A stretch of DNA of 64,000 nucleotides from Eimeria praecox (taxonomy: Eukaryota). The translations under genes were made by a program, and so were the position numbers. The DNA lies in assembly GCA_963920595.1 (NCBI GenBank), contig OY986946.1, positions 6,138,001-6,202,000 of the forward strand, read 5' to 3'. A model generated the notes under the pieces. It worked only from the letters and a program-made list of their open reading frames with translations. It was not told the DNA's origin and did not search any database. Below, in pieces: positions 50,901 through 64,000 of this stretch (within the stretch, counting starts at the first letter, position 1; each line of letters begins with the position of its first letter).

Positions 50901-52679
50901 CGAGCCGGAAATCCCGTGAGACACCTTTCCAAACAGCGCCTCGGAAATGTCGGTAACCCGCCACGATTTCCTTTCTCGGCCCCAGCAACGGCGTTATGCC
51001 TCACGTCGGCCACCCTGGTTCTCCGCCAGCTTCCTGGAAGTTTAGCTAGCCGCCTCAGTAAAATCTAAACAAAGAGTCGTATACAGTAGCACGACACCAC
51101 CGTCATGGTCAAACTGCGCGGAGAAACCATGTACGACGCCCCGGGATCGAACTGCGCTCAAGCTGCATTTACAGCCCTGGTCGGAAGCGAGGAAGATGAT
51201 CCTGGTAGAAATTGTTCAAGACTCAATTATATGGATAAAACAGGCACACCCAGCCCTTCGCCAGCCGCGGAGACGCTCGCGACAGCCCCTACCATTTGCC
51301 TTGCTGAATTAACCGGTGGCAACAGCGAGACATAAGTGAACTGGAAAGGTAACGCCGTGATTATTAATTTGTCTACCTTGGTGTTAATAACTATATTGTG
51401 TGGTGGGGGGTCTTACTCTATTTCTCATTTAACCTGCGTTCGCGGGGCTTGGTGCCGATCGCCGTTGACCGATCTTGAGGGAGTTCTGTGCCGAATCCTA
51501 GTGCGGCCCTGTCGGCAAGGCGTGGAAAGGGGAGTTTAAATATAATTGCCTACTCACTCGGCAAGAGTCGACCTAAAACAGGGCAGCCCGAGACCGGCCG
51601 CTACGCTGGGAAGCTGTTTTACAGCCTGTGCGCACAAGCTCGCCGGCTGCTTGACACGCTGCGGTTTTGTCGTTCGAGACTGTTTTCTGCAGGTGTTTAC
51701 GGTTCGTTAGTTTCACATTCACATGAAGGCTCTAAGGTGACTGTGGACGGAGCTGCGGAGCTGCCACACCTGCCCGTTGGTTAACCACGCACTCTCAAGA
51801 TCCAACACGACTGCTAATTATCTGCGCACTTACATCTCTCCTCCTTATGACTGTTGGCAACCCAGTGAAAAACCATTGATGTGCTTTTGCTGCTACACAC
51901 TTTGTATGTTATACGGTACTGAGCATATGGCGTATACCCACAGCACAGCCTGACAACTATTTGCCCCCTTGGACTACAAGATTGCAGTACCTTTTTCCCG
52001 GGTGTATTAGCTGTCGTGAGCTAATGCTCAGCACACATGAACCTGCATAAGGTCCCCACCACATACCCTGTTCTGCTCGGCACAACCCCACTGGTATCGG
52101 CACCTGTTGTTTTCCTTTACGGAGCGTAGGCGTGAGGGGAATATGCTGAATCGCTGTGCTGCCCTAGACAAAAATTGGCTTTGTCTACGTTGTACAGCAC
52201 GTCCTCAACACAAACTCTGGAGAACAGCGGTGGGCCATCCAACTTTGCTGAGCCTCGCCTAAAAGGAAGAAAACACAGCCTCTTCGGTCTGACCTCGAGC
52301 TGCATACCTCAAGCTGCATGCAGGTTGAATGAGCGAGCTTCCAGGCTTCCCGACAGGGCACAAGCCGAAGCCGCTTCGCAGCAGTTTGCCAGCACATGCC
52401 ACTGGATGAAAGTTGGCCCATCCTCTGGCGCGGCAAAGCAGAGCCCTGTAACGTTTCCCACGGAAAGGCAATATGCGCCCATTTCTGGGCCAGTTGCACA
52501 GGGTGAATAGCCCCTTCAACAAAGCAGGAACTCACTCCTACAAGGCCTGCAAGTCTCCTCTCCCCACACGGGGGAAAGGCTATTCCTACGCAACTGGACG
52601 GGCCCTCCTACTGTGCGTGCGTGCACTAAGGGCAACGGTAGGCCATGGTTCTACGTCATATTCCTGTCTCAGCTGGAGA

Positions 52680-55600
52680 CTACACCCCGCATCGCCTTTC
52701 TCCCTGGCCCACAGGGGAGGCTTGCTGTGGCCGTTCTCTGAAGGCACGACGGGGCGAGGGACTTCTCTCTCTGCGATTTCGGTTCCGCTGCTGCTGTTCC
52801 TGCTGCTGCCGCTGATCTCTTCGGGCTTCCAGGGTCGACAGCCACTGCTGCCGCCTCTGCTCGCGTTTCGCAAAGTTCAAAGTGCCCCTCCGTGTCTCTG
52901 ACCCCCCAGAGGCCGTTCCCGATTCATCGCTCCCTACGTTGTTGCTGCCACTGCTTTGCTCTTTGCTGTCCCACCGGCCTCTCTTGTTGCTCGACCCGCC
53001 GGCAGGCTCAGACAGGCAGCCATTAGTGGCCGAATCCCCTCCAGTTTCTGAAGACGGCGTATCCGCTGTGGCCGGCCGTGTGGCAGCTGCCGCAGCTGCT
53101 GCTGCAGCCGCCGCGGCAGCTGCAGCTGCTGCAGCCTTTGCTATGGAGGGCGCATTTGACGCTAGTGAACTTTCCGTCTCGTCCACTCGGCTTCCCGTAT
53201 CAAACCTGCGAAGATAACATGCAAACAAAGAAATCATATGGCCCCCAAAGAATCTTCTTTGCCATTCATTTTGTGGGGAAACCACACAAAGGTGCCAGCA
53301 AACAGAAACTGAACTAGAAAGTATCAGCCTCCGCACCCCAAACCTCCGAACGAAGTATTTTGCTGCTGCCGCATCTCCCGGCCAGCCTTGCCTCCCTGCC
53401 AGACCACCCGCAGGCCAGAGAGTCGTGCCTCCCTAAAGGCCGCTGCATGAACAAAATCACGCTATAGAAAGAGTAGAGTTACAAAGGAAACCCTCTTGAA
53501 GCATCTCTCCCCAGCCTTCCCCTCACATTCATTAAGTCCCCTGGCGCTGAATACCGAGGTCAGCAGAACAACTGTGCTTTCGCATGTCAATTCACCCAAG
53601 CTGAATGCTCAGCAGTAGAGGTAAAGCATGTGCACAGATGTCTGCCGCGGTGGCGCAGAAAGATACCCGATGAGCCCTAATGACCCATTATTTCGGGCTG
53701 TCTTGAACAGAACCCTGTGTAGACTGTAACAGCGCTTACGAAACTGCAAGGCAAACTCAAACAACGATCGTGGGACAGTTTGTCCAGACGCCTGAGGAAG
53801 CCGCAACACAGCCAACGGGGTGAACCACAAGTGGGAACCGGGTCCATAGCCCGAAGGCCTCTTTTACAAAAGCACGCTTGAGCTTTGAAATACCCCAGAC
53901 CAATTAACCGCAACGAGAAAAGCACCGGCTGGAGGGATAACTGTAGTTGGCATCCACTAACCTCCATCTTCTCGACGACAAAGGCCACTTGGCGCTTTTC
54001 TTGTTTTGTTAATAGCGACCAGGCTAGGCCCGACCGACCAGCTCTGCCTGCGCGCCCTACTCGGTGCACATACACTTCAGGATCATGTGGGGCATCGTAA
54101 CAAACGACCAGAGAGAGAGCAGGAGGAAAATCGAGCCCGCGAGCGGCGACATCCGTCGCTACCAGCACCAATGGGGTCCGCGCGGAACCTGAGTCTCCTA
54201 AAAAGTGGTGCTGCATGCGGCGCATCACGGCAAGGCGTTCGCCCTGCTGCATCCCACCGTGCAGTATTGCCACATCTGAACAGCAGAACCCAAAGTAACA
54301 GCAGCAGTAGTGCAGCGTCAGGCAAGCCAAAAGGAGCCACTAGGAACCCCAAGCATCCATTTTATCGACTCCAGCAGTGTATATAGGAACAAAGTAAGAC
54401 AAGGCCTGCCGCCACGTCTCCATGTCGCAATGTTCTTTGGAAAGATCAGAATAAACCAACAAATGCTATTGCAAAGAGCTAATAGTCTACGACCAGGGCC
54501 CCCCGCAGCCCCTCATGCGAAGCGGTAAAACAATGAAGTCAAACCACCAAAGAGGGTGCATCCGGAAGTGAAACTCACAGATAAACAAGCATATGCAGCT
54601 AGAAGGACAAATAAAAGGACAACACCAACAAAGAGAAGGACACGCACCCAACGCAACAGAAGCAGAGCTGAAATGCGAGGTTACAGACCGGCTTGCTGGC
54701 AAAACCATGAGGCTACATGGTTAAATGAGAATGGTCAGAGAAGCACCCACCCCCCATCCCTCCCTTCTACACTGCATACGTACACTTGAATGTTTGATTG
54801 GCATTTTTTCGAAGTTCTTGCGAGCTTTCACCTCCTAGAAGACGTGCAGCTGCTGCTCGCGATGCGGCGTCTCCGATTGGCGCTGCTGCTGTCTCTGTTA
54901 CTGCTGTACCAGGTGCTGCCGGCCCATTTGCCTCTACTAGCTGTGCAAGGACTCCTTCCAGCAGAAAAGCCAGGTCTTCCACTCTCTGTTGCGAGTTGCA
55001 GAAGACGACGCCTCCTGCTACAGCTGCTTCAGCTACAGTTGCAGGTGGCGGCCGTGAGCCGCATTGCTGCTGCTGCTTCTCGGGCTGCTGAGACAACGCA
55101 AGCAGCCCTAGCAAATTCTTAGAGAGCCAGTCGAACTTCGCCTGCTCACCGTCCAAAATCTGGACCCGTTGATGAACCGTTTGCGCGGCCTGATGAAGAG
55201 TCACAGATGCGCAACACCGCACAGGGCAGTGAGGGCAATGCAGCAACACTGAGGTACACCGTCGAAACTGAACGCCGGTCTGAGCACGTGTGTATGCAGA
55301 CGGTGTAGTGCGAGTACAGCCCACTGTTACGCCCGCCCCACCCGAGAGGCCCACCTGTCCTCCCTCACCGACAACGATCCGAATCGGGTTACGAAGGAAC
55401 TTGCTGCAAAACACAGGCTCACACATGAACAGGGTTCGTTCGTGAAGACGAACGAGCTCAACCTGAAGAGGCTCGCCAACTGTATGAACGCGAGAGGCAG
55501 AAGGAAGCCAGTGAGTCGCTGTTGTTGCTACTGCTCCTTTTAACTCCTAATGCTGCTTACTTGGCAAGGGCCTCACACCTGCGAGGCATGGTAGCGCTGA

Positions 55601-57654
55601 ACATGCAGGTGACCCTGTCAGGCCTGAAGGAGGAGAGAACATCTCGCAGCTGGCTTTCGAAGCCCATTTGAACCATCTTGTCAGCCTCATCAACAACCGC
55701 CATAACAACTTTATGGAAAATGCCGCCGAGACCTTTGAGGCTGCACACGTCTATCATGCGCCCCGGGTTACAGACCACAACGTCGGGTCCCTTTCGCAGC
55801 GCTCGGAACTGCTCCGTCTTGTCGAAGCCTCCAGCCAACAGCAGCCGACTCACATCCAACTCTGCCCCCCCGCGAGAGAAGCTGTGTATTTCCCCGTCTA
55901 CTTGAACTGCCAGCTCCCTAAAATCCAAATTCCCAACGAACGCACACAAAGTCACCGACGGTCCTAGGCCCCCTTGGCGCCTATCTGTTGTTTGTCACAT
56001 TGTGCGAAGACAATAAAGCTCAATGGCCACACACGGCCAGCCAGCCAACGCTCACGACCCAGTCCCTTACTAAAAGTCTCTGAACCTGCTGAGGTTCATA
56101 CATCTCACAAGAACACACCGGGTAGGACAGATTATCACCGCTGAGGGACCTGCTCGCTGCTCCTTTGCCTGGGGCTGCTTCGACGGATCTTTAAACGTTG
56201 CTTGGCGAGTGGACCACTGGTCCTTTCCCTTGAGGCTGACGACACGCGTCAAAACAGGGATGAGATAGGCGGCAGTCTTGCCGCTGCCCGTCTGAGCCAC
56301 AGCCAAACAATCCCTGCCCTTTAAAAGGGCCGGGATAGCTGCTGCCTGCACAGCAGTGGGCAGGCGGTAGTCCCGCCGCTGGAGAGCCGTCCATAAGCCC
56401 TAAAAGCACAGTATCCACGCCACGACAGCAAAACCTGCCTCAATCAGCATTGACTATAAGCAGGATCACGACCATCCAGCACCAACACCAAAATTTAACC
56501 TAATGCAGGGCACGGCGCCATGGGTAGCATGCCTGCCGCAACGCCTTCTGCGGCAGTTGGCCGAGGGAGGTAACTCCTAAACTAAAGAAAATGCAGAGGT
56601 ATGTTTATGGGCACTCCTTGCGCCACTGAGTCACTACGGCGATTCCCACGGGGCTCCAGGTGAAAGTTCCAAAGAGGTTGTGGAGCAGTAGCTCATTTGG
56701 CTGCTGCTTGTACTGTTGCTACGCGTGCTCCCGTCTGACCTTGGGTATGGAGTCCTTGAGGTGAAGGAAGGAGGCAATCGGACGTGGCGCCTGTTTGCCT
56801 GTGGTGTGGAGCTGCAAGGAGTCGCGGACCTTTGCAACGGCCTCCAAGCTGAGGGCTGTGACGTCTGGATGTTCCTTGTATAAGTCCACTGTGTACGGGG
56901 GATAGACAATTCTGTACAGTTCGCAGCAGCCTTCGACGCAGGAGAGGAGGCCTAAGGTGAGCCCAGCTGCAGGGGTATTGCAACTTCGAGACACTGGCAG
57001 TTTTAAGCCTCATAGCTCATAATGCTCAAGCAGCAAATGGCCCAGGGAGTACAGAAGCCTACTCGTCGTGGTCCACCACAGGGAGACAACGGCCACGGGC
57101 CTCTTCTTCGTCGTCTGTTGCTGCTTTATTGCTCTGCGTCTGCGCCTTCCTCTTGCCTCTGGCTGCCTCTGCTGCCTGCAGCCAGCAAGGATACGGAGAC
57201 CCACCCACACACACACACACACACGCAAGCTCATCGTCATCATGTACCTACGGGACAGCCTGCGTGCTGAGTTGCTGCCCCCACCCAGCAACTTCCCACC
57301 CCTTTCCCCCCAGAATTTGGCCGCATAGCCTTCCTTAGCACATACTGAAAGGGCCTTCTGGGCATTGAGGTGTTCAACAGACTCCGCTGCGATGTCCTCA
57401 TCGTCGAAAAACCGCTCCTTCTCCGCTTCTTGAGCTTCGCCCGCTGCTTGCCTCCGCTGCTTTTCCTCGAATTCCTCCTTCTCACGGACAAGGGTTTCAT
57501 TCAAACCCGCCATAAACGCGTCAAGAGGATCCACCTCATCATCTCCCTGCTGCTGCTGCAGGGGTGGCTGCTCTGGCGGCAGTGGTGGGCGTCGGGGGTC
57601 AGCAGAACCCCTGCCCTTCTGGTCGCGTTCAAAAAAGGCGTCCATACCTGGCAT
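52680..57654 (-). CDS. DEAD-box RNA helicase, DDX42 (SF3b125)-like
   Basis: [92 protein letters not shown] and C-terminal KRGRWD. Confidence 0.9.
53082..53135. repeat. Poly-alanine tract (~18 Ala, mixed GCN codons) in the helicase C-terminus
   Basis: (ngc) triplets on the + strand read as GCN codons on the - strand; an Eimeriidae-type homopolymeric amino-acid repeat. Confidence 0.9.
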
Positions 57655-59209
57655 ATACTGTCTGCAGCCCTTGACCCTTTCTAAATACTGCTGCTGTTGC
57701 TGCTTCTGCTGCTGCTGCTACACCTGTTCCTTCAGCGCTTATCTTCGTCGTAGTCAGCGCTTCCAACGCTGCTGCGACGCCATGCGTTGGAGCGGTCTAC
57801 CCTGCCGCAACGGCTAATCTGCCAGAGAAGCAACTGCCTTATGCGACAGATAAGGGGCCAGCGTCCTGATGAAGCTATCACGCCTAAGCAACAGTACACC
57901 TTCAAGGTGGAGTTACTGTCGTTGATGCTGCTAGCGCCGCAGCACTGTTGTGCTTGGTGAAGCTTAGCCTGAAATGACGTTCAAATTAATCAAAGAGGGA
58001 CGGCTTCTTTAAATCAATATTCACTGTGTCTGGTTAGGAGGGAGCTGAGGCACAGCTAAAGCCTTCCTGCCCCTGTTTCGCGTTGAGTCGCGCAGGTTGG
58101 CAGACATGGGCATCAAACAGGGTCCCTACTTGCTTATGTGTGATGTTTTATCTTTTTTAAGCTTTACCGCCTCTGTGTCTGTTTTAAAAATCCGGCAGGA
58201 GCAGCACACCGGCGGTTTAAGAGCATGCAGGCGCTCACGGGGCCCAGCCCCAACTGGGGTAGCGAAGCTTGCTGGCCCCCCCGTTGCAGGTTTCGTTCCG
58301 TCTTGTTAAATTCACTGCGCCCCTGAATTTAAATTGCTCATAGTATTTCCACCAGGACTAAGCATTAGGCCCTCTACTGCATGTTTAGCACCAGAATGTA
58401 TCAGAAGCAGCTTCGAGCGGTGAGGTACTGGAATCCCCCCCGTAAGTACGCAACCAATACTTCAGCAATGAGCTAGTATTTTCAACTTTTCCGTGCTCAC
58501 AGAAGGCTACTCATGTCACCCTGTACTCACAAACAGCGCAGCGGGCCCGTGCCCAACTAGGCGTGCTGGCTGCGTGCAATCTTGCGCGAGCTCCCCTACT
58601 TTAGTGTCCTGAGTGTTCGCAAGCCAGCGAAAATCCAACCATTATTTTGGTTGGGGGAGCCGCTAAGGAAGGCTACGTTTAGAAACCACCAGGTTCGGGC
58701 CTACATCTAGTCAGCCCAGGTTGCCTCGGCACAATGGCCACCGTACTTCGCCTCTATGTGCCAGGCACTCACAAGAAACGCACGCGCACTATCTGCTGGT
58801 GCTTTCTGCAGAACCATTAGCTGTGTCTCAATGATGAGGACGGCTGAGGCCCCTCGAACCCACACCCCAGATGTGTTATGTATGCAGTTTTGTTGTTACG
58901 GTTAGCTGCTAACAATAAACGAACCCTTCTATTCGTTTGCAACCCTCTGTAGCGAAACAGAAACTTTCATGATCCAATATTCCCCGAGTGCCCCAGGCGA
59001 AGGTCATTACAGCAACGCTGTCCTCCGAAAAAAACCGGGTCCTGGAGCGGCGGAAAAACGCCTTTACTAACACGGGCAGAACCGTTCAGAGTATTTATTA
59101 CTCTGTCAAGCTGAAAGCTGAAACAGCAACTCCCCATTATCTGCAAAAGTCAGGTCGGCGTCCTGCTGCTTGGAAGCCTGGTGATTTATCGTCAAGGTGG
59201 GCTTGGCCC

Positions 59210-60013
59210 TTACGCCGTCTTTCGCACTTGGGAAGTCTTGTTGGCATAGTTGGTTTTGAACGCCTCCAGCTCCCTCTGCAGGCGCTCTAAAAATTCATCA
59301 TCCGGATCCTCGTCGTCCCACCCTGAGAAAAGAAAGCAGGGGGGCACACGTCAGTGAAGGCCTCAGAAAAGCAAACGGGAAAAACTGGCTCCTACGATGC
59401 AGCAGAAAAGGGGCCTTCCTCAAATAACAGCGTTAAGATTCGTCCATGTTTTTAGCGTAGGGGAAGGATGGCACCCGCTGCATCCCAGTCTTCGCTCCAC
59501 TGCTTCACCTCCGCATCCACGGGCACTTCGCCACCTGCACAGACATACAAAGCCTTTAATCCGCACCGTCCTCCGGAACCAAGCATCTACAGCACTTTTT
59601 CCATGTAAACCTATAAACATGCAGCAAGTCGGCATTCGAGCCTAGTGTAGCGGGGCCACTATGGAGGTTGGTGCGCATGCCCAGTGAGCATGAGAGATGG
59701 CCATGCCCAGTGGGCATGGCCCTCTCGTGGCTGTCCCTCTTCCTGTACGCCGCTCCGACTAATATACAGCAATTTTCATTGCTCCTCATGCCGCCCTTGA
59801 ACCGTGAGATATCGGCCTGGATCTTGTGTGTCGTTCACAGAACCTCGCTTCTCCCGAGGGCGGGCAGAAAGGCATCTACTGACCTATCTCATCAAACTCC
59901 TCCAGTTCGTCGTCAGGCTCGTCGAAGGCCTCTTCATGAGTTTCTGCAGCTGTTTGGTGGGGCGAAGCGTCTGTGCGCTGAGGCTCTTCTCCTCCTTCAA
60001 CATGGGGCTTCAT
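59210..60013 (-). CDS. SEM1: SEM1/DSS1 (26S proteasome lid Rpn15 / TREX-2 subunit)
   Basis: Three exons give ..EPDDELEEFDEIG|GEVPVDAEVKQWSEDWDAA|GWDDEDPDDEFLERLQRELEAFK..*, matching DSS1 DDEFEEF..WEDxWDDD..DDFxxQLRxEL. The start codon is tentative. Confidence 0.88.
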
Positions 60014-61686
60014 CTCGGGGGCTGCGAAGCGCAAGGAGATACAACAATAACCGGTGACAAGAAAGAGTAAGCGGAGGAGGGTGCCATGGTCTTCCCGCTC
60101 ACGATAAGGCAACAAAAACCACAAAAATGATGAAAAGACGCCCAAAAGGGACGCTCTAGGCGAACCCCAGGTGGCTGGCACTTGCGGCTACCCTGTTCCA
60201 ACCATGGCGGGGGGTAGTTCGGCGCCTTCATAAGACTCAAGGAGCCCCCATGCCAATGAGAATAACACGAAGTAGCAACAATTGGCGTTTTCGGTCCAGC
60301 GAGAGCAACCTGCCCGGCTGCAAGAGTGTGTCACGCAGGCAGGGCTAACCTCGGGATAAAGGATGCGTCACGCTGGTCACGTTGGCTCTCCGCGTACTTA
60401 ATACGATTTTTCTAATGATATCACAATAAATAAACACAGATTTGTCGCTCAACCGCCATAGACACTCAACTGCCGCAGCCCCAACCGGGGCCCTTCAAAA
60501 TAGTACGCCAGGGAGAACTCTGGACGCAGTTGCTGCTAGTCTGTAGGATACTTTTGACTCCGCTGATGTTGGTGCGATACTTCTGTGTGATTAATGGGAT
60601 TATGTCTGAGACCATCGACTAGGGTTGTCAGCAAGTGCAACTTTGGGTCCTTTATTACACCATTTGTTCGTGACAGGAACAGGAGCCTGGGATGGATCGT
60701 ACGTGCGCTGTCACCTCAACTTTTAAATAACGCAGCTCAAGAAACTTCCTGCGCTCATATTTCACTTTCTTTTATGTGAAATCTTGGCTTTTATAAGAAG
60801 CTGTTCTAGCTGATTCAGTTTGTTTACCCTAGCTGCGAAGGAATCCCAGCCGCCATACAGGGTACAAGCTTACCTCCTTCACTTCATATCATTTATCCCC
60901 ACCCCATTTTGTACTGGCCAGCATTTAATGCGTTCTCTTGTGCGGTCTTCATTCCAAACTTGGCGCGTTTCGGAGCTTACCCGCACTAGCAACAGCCTTT
61001 CGGCATGTGTAAATTCTCGTGTGGCAGATACCGGATTTGGCTGTAAATCTGGCAGCTGCTACGCGGTATGGAGCTGTTTCTCACATCATTTGTTGCCAAA
61101 TACCTGGAATTGAATGGCTTTACCGCCTAGTCCTGCATGCAGCAGCGCAGTTGTGGGGCATGCTATTGGTTTTCGTTCTCGTTCGAGCTTCAACAAGTAC
61201 AGCCCGTTAATAGGCAACACATGGGCAGGCCTTTAGGAGGGGATATCCTGAAAGGTGCCTGTTCCCGATTTGGTGTTGGTGATGTGATGTGAATAGAGCC
61301 TTTGTGCAGTGGATGACTGAGTGGGCTGGATGGCTTCCAGGGACTGCCTGGGCAGTACAGTACCGGTACCGTATTCAAGCAGATGTAATTTATTGGATCT
61401 TACTCAAGTAATGTAGCAACTAGATACATGCGAAGAACTTCAGAATGCACCCACTTTCCTGCAACCACAGTAAAAGAGAGTGGCCGTAAGAGGACCCATG
61501 CGCCACTGTAGAATAAAAACGCAATCGGAGGCACAGCTTCTGAGCTGAGAGGGTCTTCACAGGCTAAGGCAGTGTGCCTTCTGCAATGCTACACAAAATT
61601 TTACTCATATCCAAATAAACTGGGTGGACAATTCCATCCGTAAAGCAGAAGATCTGCACCTCTACAGACTTAACAGCCACCGTTTG

Positions 61687-61688
<2 letters not shown>

Positions 61689-61775
<87 letters not shown>
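61689..61775. repeat. (TA)n microsatellite, ~43 units
   Basis: Uninterrupted TA run. Confidence 0.99.
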
Positions 61776-61779
<4 letters not shown>

Positions 61780-63470
61780 TGTACGGGTACGCAAGGTTGT
61801 CCGCTAGTAAACAAGATTCTCTTGTTCAGTTTTGCAGCAAACACGGACAGCGTAAGCATTTGCACATGCTCCAGATTGCTCTACTTGAAGCCTAACTTCT
61901 TTTCGCTTGCGCAAAAACTCGTGTAGATTGTATATGCTACTATCCACCCTTTCCGTATGCTTTCCCTTTGAACGCCACAGTCTTTCTGAGCTGCAAAGTT
62001 CTAGCTGAAGTAGTTGATGGGTTCATATCCGACGATCGTCTGCATTATGGATGAAAGCGCCCTCTAAGTTTTGTTGGAAATGGCCATTCCTTTATTTTTT
62101 GCGTTCCCCTACCCTTACTGTCCCTCTGAGTCTTGCGTTCTTCTGAATTGAATAATGGCCAAGGACTGCACCAAGAAAACATCTTGTCGATTAGGCGTCA
62201 GTTTCCTTAGGGGAAACGTTAGGCTGCATTACGATAACTTGCTCCGGTCAAGCCGCCGCATTCGACGCAGAGCTTGTAGGATGCAGGCGCTGGATGTAGA
62301 ATACCTTGGGGCCCCGGTGGGTGGATCTGGCCGCTTGGCTTTTCAGGGTAATAAACACTCTCCTTATATGCAGCCACATTCGTAACACGCTTTTCACCGC
62401 AGCCGTCAGTTGTTCTCCATCTTCTGCACTACGTAGGCACGCGCCTTCATTGTTCAGCGTGAGCTAAGCAGTGGAGAACTTAGCTCCTATCTCAACTTCC
62501 TTGCACTTCGAGCAGGGAAGTGGCATCCTTAGCTCTGGACTTCGGGTTTCTATTTGGACATCAGGGCCATCATGTGAAGACACCGAAGCAAACAACCTTA
62601 AAAGGGATGTAGAAATAAAGCTGCATAATTCATTATCGCTTTCGGCTGGTGCCCTTTGCACCAAAGCAGTGTTACAGCTGCTTGCGTAACCTAACCGCTG
62701 TGAACTATTTTGAATTACGCCAAGTCAAAAATTGTGCTCGCTGAACTCCATTTGGTTTTGGAGCTTTCACACCACTGACGCTGGCACATAGCACGAAGCC
62801 CTGCTGAACGAACAACCAAAGTCGAGAAATCTATTAACTTCCAATAAATCCTCAAATTCCACGATATCATAAGAACAAACACAGGTTCGTTAGCGCAGAC
62901 TGACGTAGCACTCTCTGTTTTCGGCAAAACAGCTTCTCGCTAGCATTTTATCCTCGTAATTTTGCAGTACAAAGGTACGTGGGCAGGTCTGGTTCTACAC
63001 ATGTCTCACTAATTGGGAGGTTGGCACAGCTTTAGCAGTGCCCTAGGAGTTTCATCTTCCGTAGGGAGAAATGGGCAGCTCCATTCACTTCATAGCCCGA
63101 AAGGCCATCCAAAAGGGCATCCACCGAACTGCAGAACGATTCATGTCTATCTACAGGCGACCCAGCTGCAAAACGTGTTCATTATGACCACAAAAGCACT
63201 TAAAAAAGAGGCAAACGATGCCCTGATGGTCTATTCCTCTCCCAACCTAAGCAAGCTATACGCAATACTCAGCCTCCTAACGGCTTCACCTCTAAACTGG
63301 CAAGCCAAAGAAACCAAAAATTACTCATTTGCGACTGTGCGTATGCTGATCTGCATTAACACAGTTCGGATGATCAAGCACCTGAAAGCCGTGCTGACTG
63401 TCAGTGCTTTGTTTTCTAGGCCGCCTGACCGGTCACAGGAACACTGCGTGGAAAACGACAGGGCAGCCTA

Positions 63471-64000
63471 TCACTGAAGCAGCAACAGTCTTAATGAGTT
63501 GAGAATGTGCCCTTGCTGTCGAGCATTCGAATACAAAAGCTGCTGGTAGTAAACCCCCGATTCTCCCTCCTGACGAACTTGCAGCAACACAGCGTGACGG
63601 TGCCGAGAGCTCGCAGATCGAACCCTGCTGCTGCTACTGCCGCTAGTGGTGCTGCTATTTGACGTGCTACAGTGGCCAACAGCCAACAAGGAAGCGATCG
63701 GAGCACGGAAACAAAGCTCAGCATGGCTCCGCGAATAGTATTTGAAGAACAAAATGTTGTTTGCAGTGAGGACAGTAAGCCCTTGGAGACGACGGTCAAG
63801 GGCGAAAAAGAGAACGGGCAAATTTTCCCTGCACAAGCACGCTCCACAGAAGCCAGCCAAATAAAAACCACCCGGACCAAGAGCCGGCTCACGCCCACTC
63901 CCTCTCCCAGGGAAGCGTCCCGATATGGGCCCTGTTCGCTATTCAGCTGAGCCAGCAAGCAAAGCAAGCAACACGACGCCCCAAAAACCCTCTAGCCACC
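63471..64000 (-). CDS. 3' exons of a gene entering from beyond the window; PH-like C-terminal domain (possibly VPS13-type)
   Basis: Last exon ENLPVLFFALDRRLQGLTVLTANNILFFKYY..ELCFRAPIASLLAV..AVLLQVRQ..YYQQLLYSNARQQGHILNSLRLLLLQ* has a beta-strand series plus terminal helix; preceded by an exon containing LNSEQGPYRDASLGE. The family assignment is weak. Confidence 0.45.

Noticed and set aside
57206..57223. (CA)n run and resulting THTH/VCVC ORFs
   Set aside because: Short microsatellite, probably in an intron of the helicase gene.
61564..61926. ORFs with (IY)n
   Set aside because: Translation artefacts of the TA microsatellite.
60300..63470. Scattered short ORFs between SEM1 and the last gene
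   Set aside because: No coherent exon chain or motif; treated as intergenic or UTR.
1..64000. tRNA, rRNA, snRNA, telomeric AAACCCT arrays, retrotransposon ORFs
   Set aside because: None recognised by eye; tRNAscan-SE, Infernal and RepeatMasker would be needed to exclude them.

Overview
This is eukaryotic, intron-rich genomic DNA of roughly balanced GC. It is inferred to come from a coccidian apicomplexan of the Eimeriidae, either Cyclospora or a repeat-poor Eimeria segment. The basis is GT-AG introns, abundant TGCATGCA octamers, and apicomplexan-type Cox4, mL53 and split-CBM20 laforin. Most entries in the ORF track are exon fragments or shadow ORFs, so the genes were reconstructed by hand-splicing and some boundaries are tentative. 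In order along the window: two intronless secreted His/Pro-rich repeat proteins (oocyst-wall/gametocyte-like, the second with a long Lys-Pro-Glu array); a 12-exon gene for a membrane-anchored TerD-domain protein; a PhoD-like phosphatase; mitoribosomal mL53; a ~335-bp inverted-repeat (MITE-like) element; Cox4 (ApiCox23/Cg8-like); a PWI/RS splicing factor; a very large CLU-domain/TPR-like gene; a DUF3228 protein; RPL22; a hypothetical gene; laforin; a DDX42-like helicase; SEM1/DSS1; a (TA)n microsatellite; and the 3' end of a further gene. The most notable items are the TerD protein, which is invisible in the ORF track and lacks the usual acidic Ca-binding loop, the two wall-like proteins that share a His-tract/TTTCxP module, and the foldback element. 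All family assignments come from recalled motifs, not database searches.
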